Shown: in pieces, positions 54,601 through 64,000 of the stretch
Layout: the number at the start of each line of letters is the position of its first letter
Position numbering within the stretch: the stretch's first letter is position 1
NCBI GenBank assembly: GCA_949292905.1
Contig: CASFAV010000008.1
Location: forward strand, 41,332-105,331
Direction of reading: 5' to 3'
From: an uncultured Eubacteriales bacterium
Lineage (GTDB): Bacteria > Bacillota > Clostridia > Christensenellales > DTU072
Length of the DNA: 64,000 nucleotides
Translations under genes and position numbers: made by a program
The notes under the pieces: model-generated
What the model was told of the DNA's origin: nothing
The model's input: the letters and a program-made list of their open reading frames with translations, nothing else
The model's database searches: none

Positions 54601-57600
54601 TAAGTCTGATATCGACCAAATCCGGGGACAATGCCGGCGGCGCGGGCGGTATCGCGGGCGGATTGCTAAGCGGCGCCGGAACGGTCGCGATAAGCAATTC
54701 CACCGTGGAGCTCAACGGGGAGTTGAACGCCACCGCCAAATGGACGTTTATCGGAGGCTTCGTCGGACACCTGAACGGCGGGAATATCAATTTTACCGAC
54801 GTGATCTTCAAAGGCACGGGCGCGCTTAACGGCACGGCGTCAGGTGGCGAGGGCGTGCATACCGCAGCCGTAGCCGTAGTCGGCGGCGGCGTTAAAGCCG
54901 TAACTCTCGACGGCTTGATAAACGCTTTTACCGGTACCAAGACGAGCAATAAGAGCGCATACGCGATAACGTTTGTGAGAAACGGTAGTAACGTGGCTAC
55001 CCCGACGATAAGCCATGTGTACACTTACGGCGGGAATTTCTCCAACGAAGGCGGTAAGACCTACGGCACGCCGGTGGACGTGTCCGCGATCAAAGCAGAA
55101 ATAAAAACGACGGTGGACGGCGAAACCGTTCCCGTGATACCGTATTTCCCGGTAAGCGCGGGCACGGGCAATCTGGTGCTCGTAGCGGGCGACGGGCAGA
55201 CCGTAGCCGGCATTTTGATGTACGGAAATATCGTTTCGACGGCGGATGAGGCTAACGGAAAATATTCCGTGATAATGATAGCGAAAGACAGTATCGCGGC
55301 AGGCACAGACGTAACGCTCACCCGTCCCCGCGTTTATGCGCCTACGATTTCCGGTAGCGACAGCAAAACATATAACGGGGAAGGGCAGGAATTCACGATA
55401 AACACGCTCACCGCGCCCGGCGGCATTACGCTCGGTGCTTCCGACTATGCGTTGACTTATGCCGTAGCGGAGGGCGCCGACGCATCGCTCGACAGCGGCA
55501 AGCCTTTGACCGTCGGCACATACACGCTCACCGTAACGCTTCAAGGTTATCTGTTCGAGTCCGGAGCAAATACGGCGACGCTCACCGTGAATATAACGAA
55601 ACTCGCTATCGAAGCGACGATAGATACCTCTTCCAAGGTGTACGGCGAAGCCGATCCCGAGCTTACGTTTACTACCGACGAGCTCGTCGGCGCGGACGAT
55701 AAGGACGATCTCGCGGTAACGCTCACGAGAGAGGCGGGAGATACCGTCGGCGCTTACGCGATAACCGGCGTATCCGCCGCCGTCAACTATACCGTTACGT
55801 TTACCAATAACGCCGAGAAGCTCTTTACGATAGATCCTCGTCCCGTAATCGTGACGCCGTTGTCGGGACAGGGCACTATCTACGGCGAAAGCGATACGGG
55901 CGATCTCGAATACGAGGTATCCGGCGGCGCGGGAACTACCGGCAGCGCGCTGATAGGGAGCGACGTTCTTTCGGGCAAGCTCGGAAGAGAGGAGGGTTCA
56001 GACGCACGTAGTTACGCGATAAACCTCGGTACTCTCACAAGCGAAAATAATTCGAACTATGAGATAACTCTCGCTTCGACGACGGTAAATTACGTTATAT
56101 CGCCGCGCCCGCTTCATTACGTCTTGTCCGTAAAGAATATGAACGGCAACGCAACCGACGGTTACTCGCTCGAATACGGCGCGTTCAGCGCGACCGCGAA
56201 TCTGGGCGTTTCCATAGTGAGCGGAGAAGGCTATTACGCGGTAGTCGCGGGCGAAAGCGTGACCGTGACGCCGAAGCTTCCGGGAGAAATCAAAAACGTC
56301 GGTACCTATACGATAAACGCTATCGACGCGGCTTACGGCGAAACCACACTCGAAAGCAACTACGAAATAAAACTCGACAATACGGTATCCTTCAAGATAG
56401 TGGCGAAAGCCGTAACGGTCGATATTAAGGACATAACCAAGGTCTACGGCGAAGCAAATCCCGTATTCGGTTCGGACAACTGGTCGCTCGCCGCGGGCTC
56501 CGTCATGGCGAAAGACGAAGATGAAACAATGCTTGACGTAACGCTTTCGCTTTCGGGCGACGGCGAGAACGTTATCGACGGTGGGTATGCCATAACCGGC
56601 AAGTGGAACAACTCCAATTATGCGGTAACCTTCAACGAGGGCACGCTCACGGTAGAGAAGCGCGCGATAACCGTAACTCTCAAGCAGGATTTCTCGAGCG
56701 TATACGGCGAGTCTCTTGCGGAAGTGACGGTCGCTACCGCGCTCACACTTGCGGAGGGGAGCCTTGCGCCCACGCTTCCCGCGCACTCCGATCTTGAGGC
56801 GGCGGGCTTCAGCATATCTTTTAATAAAAATATCTCCGACGCCGGCGTTTACAGCAGATATATTTTGGCAAGCTGTTCCAATGCGAATTATTCCGTGACC
56901 TGGACGGACGGTAGGCAAAGCGCCGATTATACCGTAACGGCGCGCCCCGTCAAATATACGATAACGTTAAGCGAGATGGGCGACGGTTACAGCCTTATCT
57001 ACGGCGAGTTCGTCGAGAGCACTCACGTCACGGTAAGCGGACCCGTGACCGAAGCGGGCTTCTACGACGTGTTGAGCGGCGACAGCATTACCGTTACGCC
57101 GTTCTATACCTATACTTCGCCGGGCGGAACGCAGACTCTTGCGGATATCAGCGCCGAAGTGAAAAACGTGGGTACTTATACCGTCACGGGCAATGTTGTT
57201 TACAACGGTAATACCCTTGAAAGCAATTACGCGGTGACCGTAGAGGTGGAGGCTCCCGGTAGGTTTTTTATAGAAAAGCGTCCCGTAGAGATTATTTTAA
57301 GTTCCCAAACCAAGACTTACGGCGATGACGATCCCGCGACTCTCGGCAAGTGGAGCGTGAGCGGAAGTCAGCCCGAGGGCGGCGGTATCGTGTACGGCGA
57401 AGATCCTCACGCGGTAATAACGGTGACGGACGTAAGCTACGGAGACGTCAAAGACGCAGACACTTATACTTTGACGGCGAAAGCAGAAAGCGCCAACTAT
57501 ACCGTAACCGTCGTTGACGGCTCAATGGAGATTAAGGCTAAAGAAGTGACGGTGACGATAACTTCCGCCGAAAAGACTTACGGCGAACCCGATCCCGCGT

Positions 57601-60600
57601 TCGAGTGGTCGCATACCGCGCTTGCGTACGGCGAACTTGCCGGAGTATTGGGCTTTACCGTTACGAGAGAGGAGGGCGAGGACGTAAAAGAGGGCGGCTA
57701 CGCCTTGAGCGGAAAAGCCACGAACGCCAACTATTCGGTGACCGTCGCGAAAGGGAGCGTACTGACGATAAATCCTCTCGAAATAAGTTTCACCGTGACG
57801 CCCGCGCAACTTCCCTACAATATGTACACGGCGGAAACGCTTCCGGAGCCCGCAATGCTCGGCGCGAGTGCTACGCCGAGTCCGACTACGCTTCCTTACG
57901 GCGATACCGTGACGGTGACTTTTACCTATACCACCGACGCGTCGACGATCGTGAACGCGCTTAAAGGAGAATATGCTTACATCGATACGGCGATAACGTT
58001 CCGTAAGAGCGACGGCACCACTTCTGCGGCAGGTAACTATACCGTTGCGGGTACTGTAGAATGTAAGCTCGTCGTCGTGTCGGGCGATCTTATCATAAAT
58101 CTCGACGCCTATTCCAAAACCTACGATTTCGCGGCGGGAGGCATAACGCTATCGCTTTCCTCTGTAAAAGTGACCGTCGCGAGCGGCGCTGCCGTAACGC
58201 CCGTGATCTCGGCGAAGATCCTTTCGTCCGACGGCTTGACGGAATATTTCGTTTCGGCAGACGGAAAAGTTATCATATCTTACGTCCCTTCTTCGGTAAA
58301 AGAGGAAACTTCGGTGAATCTTAAGTTTGTCGTGACGGCGGAAGCCGATGGATACGAGTCCGGAAAAGCGGAAACGACGATAACCGTTTCGAAAGCCGAT
58401 TACGATCTTACCGGAATAACGTTCGAGGACAAGACGGCGGGCTATAACGGAGCGGCGCACGAGATAACCTATACGGGCGAGCTTCCCAAAGGGCTTACCG
58501 CAGAGGTAACGCATACCGGCGACAACGTGAATTATACCGAAGCGGGCGCAACGTTCACGCTTACCTTCGATCTGACGGGCGAGGAGCATGACGAAATCAT
58601 TTATTACTCCTATAATTTACCCGCGGCGCGCACCGCGCTCCTTACGATAAATAAAGCGCCCGTTAAGATAACGGTCAATCCGCAGAGCTCCGTATACGAC
58701 GGGAAAACTCCCGCGGCAAGCGCGGTTAAAGGCAAGGATTACGCTATCGAGGGAACCGTTTACGCGCAGGACGGCGTTCTCGACGATCTCGGCGTCAAGC
58801 TTACCGTAAATCACGGCGCGCAAGCCGTCGACGCGGGCGAATACCCGCTTACCGTAAGCATTTCGAATGCGAATTACGCGCTTACCGCCGTAACCGGCAC
58901 CTATACGGTCACGCAGCGCCCCGTGTACGTACAGCTTACGAGCGCTTACGCGAGCAAGGTCTACGGCGACGACGATCCCGACTGGTCGCAGGTATTGCTT
59001 GCGGTAGAGCCGTACGATACCGGAGCAGCGGGCACGGGACTCGTAGGCGGCGACGGTCTAAATGCCTTGAATATCGAGTCCGTCACCCGCAAGAAAGGCG
59101 AAGCGGTATTGGAAGGAGGCTACGCCGTGACGGTCAGTTGCGCGGAAGGCGGCAACTATTATGTTGACGAATCGCGCCTTAACGCCTTCAATATCGATCC
59201 AAGACCGTTGACCGTAATTCTGAATAAGGACGCATTCGTGTCCGTATACGGCGAAGCGCTCGTTCGTCCGAACGCCGCGGATACCGCGCAACTCGCGCTC
59301 AAGGAAGGTTTCGAGCTTGTGGGCGAAGAAGCGGGTAAATCGCTTGCCGAAGCGGGCTTCAGCCTCGTGTTTACCGGCAATTTCGGCGGTAGCGCGGGCG
59401 GAATAGTCGGCGCGAGTTACACCGCCGTCGGCGTTTACCGCGAGGCGGTGAGACTCAGCTTCAACAACGATAACTATTCCGTTACCTTCGAGGGCGGATT
59501 TGTCGCGGACTACACGGTGACCAAGCGCCCCGTGTGGATAACCGTTACGCCCGTTACGGTCGAATACGGCGATAACGAAGAGCTTTCGTTTGAGGTAAAC
59601 GACGACGTTCAGCCCGCAAAAGGCGGACTCGCCACGGGCGAAGCGGCGGACGATATAGGTATCACGCTCACCCGCGAGGGCGGCGACAGACCTGATGTCG
59701 GCAAATACAATATCGATTGTATAGTCGGAGAGACCTCGAATTACGAAGTCAGCGTGATGAATTCTCCCGAAGTCGTTTACGAAGTTACGGCGCGCGAAAT
59801 CAAAATAATTATTAACGACGCGGAAAAGACTTACGGAGATGAAACTCCCGAATTTGAATGGAAGATTGCGGACGGCGACTCGATGGCTTACGACGACGAC
59901 GTAACGGCGCTCGGTATCGCGCTCACGCTTAAAGACGGCGCGGAAGGCGTCGACGCGGGAGAGTACACGATAACCGGAACTTCGTCCGCAGGTACGAATT
60001 ACCTTGTGATATTCGAAAACGCGACTTTCACCGTACATAAGAAGCAGGCGGTCATAGACGCGAGCGGAGTAGTGACGGAGTACGTATATACCGGAGGTTC
60101 CTTCTGGATCACGGAAGGCGCTACGCATAACAACACCGACGTCGAAAGCGAAACTTCGCAGCTCAAGTATCCCGATAAGAAATTCCTTAACGTATCCGAT
60201 TCCGGCGAATACAAAATAACGATAGGCGCAACCAAAAACTTCCTCGCCGCAGAGGCGACGATAACCGTAACGATCGCGAAAGCTACTATCGTATTCGATT
60301 GGTCGGGCGTTAAAGGAGAGTACGTGTACAACGGCAGCGAGCAGACCGTAACGGGCGTAAAGGTCAACGTTGACGGCGCCGCGGTGGAATACGCGAACAA
60401 CACGTTTACCGACGTTCCCGAGGGCGGGGTGCTCAATGTTACCGTTTCGGTAGCCGAAACGGAGAATATCATAGGCGCGAGCGAAACCCGCGCGATCCCC
60501 GTTCTGCGTGCGACGATAGATATGAGCGACGTAAGCTTCGACTCAGCGGAGTATATTTTCGACGCTACCGAGAAGGCTCTCACGGTGAGCGGAACGCTCC

Positions 60601-61481
60601 CGTGGGGAATAGAGGGCGTCAAGTACGCGGGCAACGCGCTTACCGAAGTAGGCACGACGGAAGCCGTCGCGGAATTCGTTTATAACGCCAACAACTTCAA
60701 CGCCGTCGAGAACAGGACAGCGACTCTCACGATAACTCCGCGCCCAGTGGCGATAGAGATAACTTCGGCTTCCAAGGTATACGGCGACGAAGATCCCGCG
60801 TATACTTTCGCGCTTGCCGCGGATCAGCCCTGCGAAGGCACCGATAAGGTGCTTGCGATGTGGGCGCTCAACGCCGTGGTCGCGCGCGATCAGGGCGAAG
60901 ACGCAGGCGAGTATGCGCTTACTCTTACCGGATACGATCGTAACTATTCCGTCACGATAGTTTCCGAAGGAAAGCTTACCGTAATTCCGCGCGATATAGT
61001 TTTCGCGGTGACGGGCGTATTCGAGTCGGTCTACGACGGGAACGAAAAGGAAGTGACCGTTGACGAGGCTCTCACCGTCGCGAGCGGCTCGCTCGCTCCG
61101 GTACACGCCGACATAGCCGCTTCCGGCGCGGTGAGCGTAAGCTTCGCGGAAGGCGTTAGCATAACGAATGCGGGACTCTACGAGAACGCCGTGATATTCA
61201 CCCTTATCGGCGGCAATTATGCGGCGACATTCGAGGGGACGACGGAGAACGTCGTTACCGCGGATTATACGGTAACGCGCCGCGAGATCACCGTTAAACT
61301 CCGCGACCAGAGACTGCTCAAGGAAGAAAGCATCGACAGTAAAGCTTACGACGTCACCGCGGGTACGCTCGTCAAGGGCGACGATCTCGGCATAACGATA
61401 TCCGCGGGCGCCGAACTCGACGTCGACAGATACGAGCTCGTCGCGGAATATACCAACCTTAACTATGCGGTCGCTTTTTAG
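51675..61481 (+). CDS. Giant secreted surface protein (three GLUG-like beta-helix modules and many MBG-like repeats), N-terminal part ending at an in-frame TAG
   Basis: Signal peptide; LTSD...(F/Y)SG.L.GNGHTI three times; repeated KxYGExDP...G.Y.I...NY.V....G.LT units; GGGAGG RBS. Confidence 0.9.
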   Translation: MSNTGKSYGKKIVFAVITLALLCYLALAANVVAPINERETALAAATDGIVHGAVSSQTTSGTAIANSTDFYNNIINGAQNGTYYLTSDFTLDGSHMFGHTSTFSGTLYGNGHTITVLSGYNAARKTEKNGILFSQVSGTVRDLTVVLGNGGSTAQRIDIGDGNTGYYGVITGALAGGIISNCRVVIQSNVVFHAATQSSGTQNVGIGGIAGEVWNSASKILNCTVENYGAIDCTTYSGSYTSYNGRSGYAGHIAGIFWLSGSDTATLQNLIVRGNGRIHANGVGVVGCGSNGGYNDLDITNYLNDFSGSYEYNGAGAAWASDAIFFYSSGSNRTIYNYYSTSGATSTSWSYSTDAAESGRLTLSSGYNIYFDATSDVNNAVAFVYNGSYDVITKKLYFQPANSSTKYYPAYRDGNTEVFKGLPSATSTYSATLGTFAFDTVEPPVGTLNKWESGYVSESYSPSGEPENSESGLYDAISNNRNCHLTSDINITGFRTLSYSGTLDGNGHTIYITVCNENSAETVGGLFGTLTGTVKNLRVVLYVDYTRTATSNKLGTGIIAGKLGGTVDNVYVYIPSNVTFGATGSQEGYVGAVAGVADGTSYTIKNTTVDIDGKIHLDGSWVYMAGFVGKSATGSSAVTATYTNNILKGDGSYSSNTSNGTEPIYLAATTVLFQAGTGNPQSTINIDGFINAFTSGTANLNDYSMYGVLTKNDNGNTMSKWTYNVSNVYDYGSPMEDVNNKGMTTGNNYIDVSQKRSTVSTAVDSYAIGVTPYFPAGDTTNLVLVAGDGTESVPNLVYGNHTSAADGNYKVVTVPKSAITAPTTVTLTEPITPATPIADLNQWEHGYVADPITENEIPSDYVGVSSASGLKTAIDNNSNIVLTSDILNFRGFTHTGTYSGILDGNGHTIYIVKASAASGNNIGGLFSTLSGTIKNVRIVVMAGVNLPSSSYVGAVAGALSGDAKVNNVSAIINSGVSLISTKSGDNAGGAGGIAGGLLSGAGTVAISNSTVELNGELNATAKWTFIGGFVGHLNGGNINFTDVIFKGTGALNGTASGGEGVHTAAVAVVGGGVKAVTLDGLINAFTGTKTSNKSAYAITFVRNGSNVATPTISHVYTYGGNFSNEGGKTYGTPVDVSAIKAEIKTTVDGETVPVIPYFPVSAGTGNLVLVAGDGQTVAGILMYGNIVSTADEANGKYSVIMIAKDSIAAGTDVTLTRPRVYAPTISGSDSKTYNGEGQEFTINTLTAPGGITLGASDYALTYAVAEGADASLDSGKPLTVGTYTLTVTLQGYLFESGANTATLTVNITKLAIEATIDTSSKVYGEADPELTFTTDELVGADDKDDLAVTLTREAGDTVGAYAITGVSAAVNYTVTFTNNAEKLFTIDPRPVIVTPLSGQGTIYGESDTGDLEYEVSGGAGTTGSALIGSDVLSGKLGREEGSDARSYAINLGTLTSENNSNYEITLASTTVNYVISPRPLHYVLSVKNMNGNATDGYSLEYGAFSATANLGVSIVSGEGYYAVVAGESVTVTPKLPGEIKNVGTYTINAIDAAYGETTLESNYEIKLDNTVSFKIVAKAVTVDIKDITKVYGEANPVFGSDNWSLAAGSVMAKDEDETMLDVTLSLSGDGENVIDGGYAITGKWNNSNYAVTFNEGTLTVEKRAITVTLKQDFSSVYGESLAEVTVATALTLAEGSLAPTLPAHSDLEAAGFSISFNKNISDAGVYSRYILASCSNANYSVTWTDGRQSADYTVTARPVKYTITLSEMGDGYSLIYGEFVESTHVTVSGPVTEAGFYDVLSGDSITVTPFYTYTSPGGTQTLADISAEVKNVGTYTVTGNVVYNGNTLESNYAVTVEVEAPGRFFIEKRPVEIILSSQTKTYGDDDPATLGKWSVSGSQPEGGGIVYGEDPHAVITVTDVSYGDVKDADTYTLTAKAESANYTVTVVDGSMEIKAKEVTVTITSAEKTYGEPDPAFEWSHTALAYGELAGVLGFTVTREEGEDVKEGGYALSGKATNANYSVTVAKGSVLTINPLEISFTVTPAQLPYNMYTAETLPEPAMLGASATPSPTTLPYGDTVTVTFTYTTDASTIVNALKGEYAYIDTAITFRKSDGTTSAAGNYTVAGTVECKLVVVSGDLIINLDAYSKTYDFAAGGITLSLSSVKVTVASGAAVTPVISAKILSSDGLTEYFVSADGKVIISYVPSSVKEETSVNLKFVVTAEADGYESGKAETTITVSKADYDLTGITFEDKTAGYNGAAHEITYTGELPKGLTAEVTHTGDNVNYTEAGATFTLTFDLTGEEHDEIIYYSYNLPAARTALLTINKAPVKITVNPQSSVYDGKTPAASAVKGKDYAIEGTVYAQDGVLDDLGVKLTVNHGAQAVDAGEYPLTVSISNANYALTAVTGTYTVTQRPVYVQLTSAYASKVYGDDDPDWSQVLLAVEPYDTGAAGTGLVGGDGLNALNIESVTRKKGEAVLEGGYAVTVSCAEGGNYYVDESRLNAFNIDPRPLTVILNKDAFVSVYGEALVRPNAADTAQLALKEGFELVGEEAGKSLAEAGFSLVFTGNFGGSAGGIVGASYTAVGVYREAVRLSFNNDNYSVTFEGGFVADYTVTKRPVWITVTPVTVEYGDNEELSFEVNDDVQPAKGGLATGEAADDIGITLTREGGDRPDVGKYNIDCIVGETSNYEVSVMNSPEVVYEVTAREIKIIINDAEKTYGDETPEFEWKIADGDSMAYDDDVTALGIALTLKDGAEGVDAGEYTITGTSSAGTNYLVIFENATFTVHKKQAVIDASGVVTEYVYTGGSFWITEGATHNNTDVESETSQLKYPDKKFLNVSDSGEYKITIGATKNFLAAEATITVTIAKATIVFDWSGVKGEYVYNGSEQTVTGVKVNVDGAAVEYANNTFTDVPEGGVLNVTVSVAETENIIGASETRAIPVLRATIDMSDVSFDSAEYIFDATEKALTVSGTLPWGIEGVKYAGNALTEVGTTEAVAEFVYNANNFNAVENRTATLTITPRPVAIEITSASKVYGDEDPAYTFALAADQPCEGTDKVLAMWALNAVVARDQGEDAGEYALTLTGYDRNYSVTIVSEGKLTVIPRDIVFAVTGVFESVYDGNEKEVTVDEALTVASGSLAPVHADIAASGAVSVSFAEGVSITNAGLYENAVIFTLIGGNYAATFEGTTENVVTADYTVTRREITVKLRDQRLLKEESIDSKAYDVTAGTLVKGDDLGITISAGAELDVDRYELVAEYTNLNYAVAF

Positions 61482-62228
61482 TCCGGCGTTCTCGTATATA
61501 CCGTGCGCGCGATCATCACGGCGGTGACGCCCGCAGATTTCTTATATACGGGCGAACCTTTCGCCATCGACGTTACCATCAACAGCACCTCGCCGCTCGT
61601 GTTCTATATAAACGGCGAATATTCCGCCAACAGATTCGTCGAGCCCGGACACTACGTGGTGACCATATCCGCTTCCGCGGACGACACTTACAGAGAGCCG
61701 CTCGCCGTGACGGTGGTATTCAACATACTCGCGCCGGAGATCAAGCACGAAGCGGACGGCGCGGAGATATCCGTCAGCACCGATACGGGCTTCTATCCCG
61801 AAGACTCTTTCGATATAATCCGCGAGCAGGGCAGAGAGAATTCGACGATAGCGGAAATGATATCGGGCGAATACACGATAGTGGACGGATACGTTCTGAA
61901 CGTAAGCACCGAAGGCGGCACGGTCACGCTCGGCGAATATATCAGGAACAACGCCGCAGGAGAAGATCTCGTCGTACGCATCAAGGTTCCCGAGGAATAC
62001 GCCAATTCCGCGACCGTGGAATGCGTGATAATCCGTAGCGGCGAAGCGAATATGGAGACCGTGGAAGTCAAGGACGGTTATATCGAGATAGCGGCGAATG
62101 ACGTGGAAGCGGTGGCGTTTATCGCGGAGCGCGAAACGCTTATCGCGGTGGTTATCGTCGTAGCGGTATTCGCGATAGCGATGCTGTTGCTCGGATGCTT
62201 CTACGTATTCCGCAAGAAGGCTTATTAA
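61482..62228 (+). CDS. In-frame C-terminal continuation of the giant protein with membrane anchor (nonsense-split or read-through)
   Basis: Same frame as 51675-61481, open directly after the TAG; no SD before GTG 61503; ends with a TM helix and RKKAY. Confidence 0.75.
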   Translation, partial: SGVLVYTVRAIITAVTPADFLYTGEPFAIDVTINSTSPLVFYINGEYSANRFVEPGHYVVTISASADDTYREPLAVTVVFNILAPEIKHEADGAEISVSTDTGFYPEDSFDIIREQGRENSTIAEMISGEYTIVDGYVLNVSTEGGTVTLGEYIRNNAAGEDLVVRIKVPEEYANSATVECVIIRSGEANMETVEVKDGYIEIAANDVEAVAFIAERETLIAVVIVVAVFAIAMLLLGCFYVFRKKAY

Positions 62229-62231
62229 GAT

Positions 62232-62432
62232 ATGGAAGAGTTGAAGGATAAAGTCATTCCCGAAGAGGGGAAGGAAACCGACGCGCCTTGCGCGGAGGAA
62301 ACGGCGGCAAAAGAACGCGCCGCGCGCGAAGCGCGGCGTAAGCGCATGGCGGCGATCGCCGCGGCGGAAGCCAAACGCAGATATTTCGAGTATTACGACG
62401 ACGTCAAGCACGACCGCAACAAGGAGTGGTGA
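62232..62432 (+). CDS. Small hypothetical protein
   Basis: 66-aa ORF starting 3 bp after the upstream stop; host-like codons. Confidence 0.5.
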   Translation: MEELKDKVIPEEGKETDAPCAEETAAKERAAREARRKRMAAIAAAEAKRRYFEYYDDVKHDRNKEW

Positions 62433-62626
62433 GCCCGGAAGACGGTTTATGCGCTTGCGCGCGCCCGAGGCGCGCGCATTTCGATTTTAAGGTATATTCC
62501 CTTACGGAGCCGGAAGGCGTTCCTTGCGGGCATACTTTGGCCGAAACGGCCATTACCCGGGCGCTGTTTTCCCTTCGATATGCGCTTTGACTTGATTTAC
62601 GCTCGCTTAAGGTATATTATATTTTT

Positions 62627-63307
62627 ATGGTCATCAAAGGTTTAAGAAAACTTACATTGCTCGATTTCCCCGACAAGGTAGCCTGCATTGTCTATACGGG
62701 AGGATGCAATTTCCGCTGTCCCTTCTGTCAGAACGCCGTTCTCGTCGAGGGCGGCGGCGAATATATTTCGAACGAAGAATTTTTCGCTTTCCTCAAAGAG
62801 CGCAAGGGGCGCTTGGACGGCGTGTGCGTAACGGGCGGCGAGCCGCTTATCCAAAAGGGGATAGCGGAATTTGCGGAAGCCTGCAAATATCTGGGTTACG
62901 CGGTCAAGGTGGACACCAACGGCTACATGCCCGACGTGCTCGAGGATATGTTCAAGAGGAAGTGCCTCGACTACGTCGCCATGGACGTAAAAAATTCAGC
63001 CCCTAAATATGCCCTCACCGCGGGGCTTCCCGGACTGGATATTTCACGCATAAACCGCAGTATCGATTTGATAATGAATTCGGGCGTAGATTACGAATTC
63101 CGCACAACCGTCGTCAAAGATTTCCACGACGAAAACGATTTCCACGAGATAGGAAAGCGCCTCAAAGGCGCCAAACGGTGCTATTTACAGAAGTTTCGCG
63201 ACGAGGGAGGCACCCTTATGGCGGGGCTTACCGCGCCTGCCGACGCCGAAATGAGTAAATACTCGGAAATACTCTCGGCGTATGTCGACGAGGTTAATAT
63301 TCGATAG
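62627..63307 (+). CDS. nrdG: Anaerobic ribonucleoside-triphosphate reductase activating protein
   Basis: KLTLLDFP, GCNFRCPFCQN, VTGGEP, DTNG, YEFRTT; adjacent to nrdD. Confidence 0.93.
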   Translation: MVIKGLRKLTLLDFPDKVACIVYTGGCNFRCPFCQNAVLVEGGGEYISNEEFFAFLKERKGRLDGVCVTGGEPLIQKGIAEFAEACKYLGYAVKVDTNGYMPDVLEDMFKRKCLDYVAMDVKNSAPKYALTAGLPGLDISRINRSIDLIMNSGVDYEFRTTVVKDFHDENDFHEIGKRLKGAKRCYLQKFRDEGGTLMAGLTAPADAEMSKYSEILSAYVDEVNIR

Positions 63308-63327
63308 GATTTTATACATTTATCCGG

Positions 63328-63386
63328 CTACAATATATTGTGTTCGACGGTAATATTTAGCAAGAATCGACCACAATATATTGTAA
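63328..63386. promoter_or_regulatory. Tandem NrdR boxes
   Basis: CTACAATATATTGTGT (63328-63343) and CCACAATATATTGTAA (63371-63386). Confidence 0.88.
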
Positions 63387-63393
63387 AAAGGTG

Positions 63394-63422
63394 TTGACAT
63401 CTTCCGCACGCTGTAATACAAT
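63394..63422 (+). promoter_or_regulatory. sigma-A promoter of nrdD
   Basis: TTGACA-17 bp-TACAAT. Confidence 0.8.
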
Positions 63423-63457
63423 AACTGCGTACGGAATTTTTTTGATCGGAGGATACC

Positions 63458-64000
63458 ATGTATCAGGTAGTTAACAGAGACAACAAGGTCGTCGAGTTCG
63501 ACGTCAACAAAATAATCAACGCCATTTCCAAGGCGTTCGATTCCCTCGACAAGCTGTATAACAGAAGCACGCTCGAGCTTCTCGCGCTTCGCGTGACCGC
63601 GGACTTCAGCCCCAAGATCAAGGACCAGAAAATAACCGTCGAAGACATTCAGGACAGCGTCGAGACGGTGCTCATACAGGCGGGTTACGCCGACGTCGCC
63701 AAGGCGTACATTCTCTACAGAAAGCAACGCGAAAAAGCGCGTAACGTCAAAGGCACGCTCCTCGACTACAAACAGATCATCGACAACTACCTCAAGGTCA
63801 ACGACTGGCGCGTGAAGGAGAACAGCACCGTAACTTATTCGGTGGGCGGGCTTATCCTTTCCAACTCCGGCGCGATAACCGCCAACTACTGGCTCAGCGA
63901 AGTTTACGACGAGGAGATAGCCAACGCGCACCGCAGGGCGGACATACATCTTCACGATCTTTCGATGCTCACCGGTTACTGCGCGGGCTGGTCGCTCCGT
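63458..64000 (+). CDS. nrdD: Class III ribonucleoside-triphosphate reductase (3'-truncated)
   Basis: Translated by hand: ATP cone (MYQVVNRD...VEDIQDSVE...VAKAYILYR), DWRVKENS, HLHDLSMLTGYCAGWSL; GGAGG RBS. Confidence 0.97.
   Translation, partial: MYQVVNRDNKVVEFDVNKIINAISKAFDSLDKLYNRSTLELLALRVTADFSPKIKDQKITVEDIQDSVETVLIQAGYADVAKAYILYRKQREKARNVKGTLLDYKQIIDNYLKVNDWRVKENSTVTYSVGGLILSNSGAITANYWLSEVYDEEIANAHRRADIHLHDLSMLTGYCAGWSLR

Noticed and set aside
61479-61481. Genome-wide TAG reassignment
   Set aside because: mnmE (FCVGK-TAG) and secA (KNCCGR-TAG) end at their conserved C-termini with TAG, as do lgt and nrdG.

Overview
Replication-origin region of a GC-rich, spore-forming Clostridia-like (Bacillota) chromosome; the taxonomy is inferred from gene content only. 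The window opens with dnaA (5'-truncated), an oriC with a Bacillus-type unwinding module, and dnaN. Next comes a ~5.7 kb largely AT-rich stretch with no credible genes (2308-8013). It carries nine canonical or near-canonical parS palindromes, extra DnaA boxes, Spo0A-box matches and phased A-tracts. The usual origin gene order is broken: rpmH-rnpA-yidD-yidC-jag-mnmE-mnmG lies ~9 kb downstream of dnaN on the same strand, and recF, gyrB, gyrA, rsmG, noc and parAB are absent from the window. Housekeeping genes follow (lgt, secA, frameshift-free prfB, serS, ftsH, rpsF-ssb-rpsR, PFOR, nrdG, nrdD). Accessory features are a csoR / P1B-ATPase pair separated by a 1.1 kb mosaic of structured repeats, a low-GC orphan MBL-fold gene, and a ~3,500-codon surface-protein frame interrupted by one in-frame TAG before its anchor domain. 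No tRNA, rRNA, CRISPR array or transposase was recognised.
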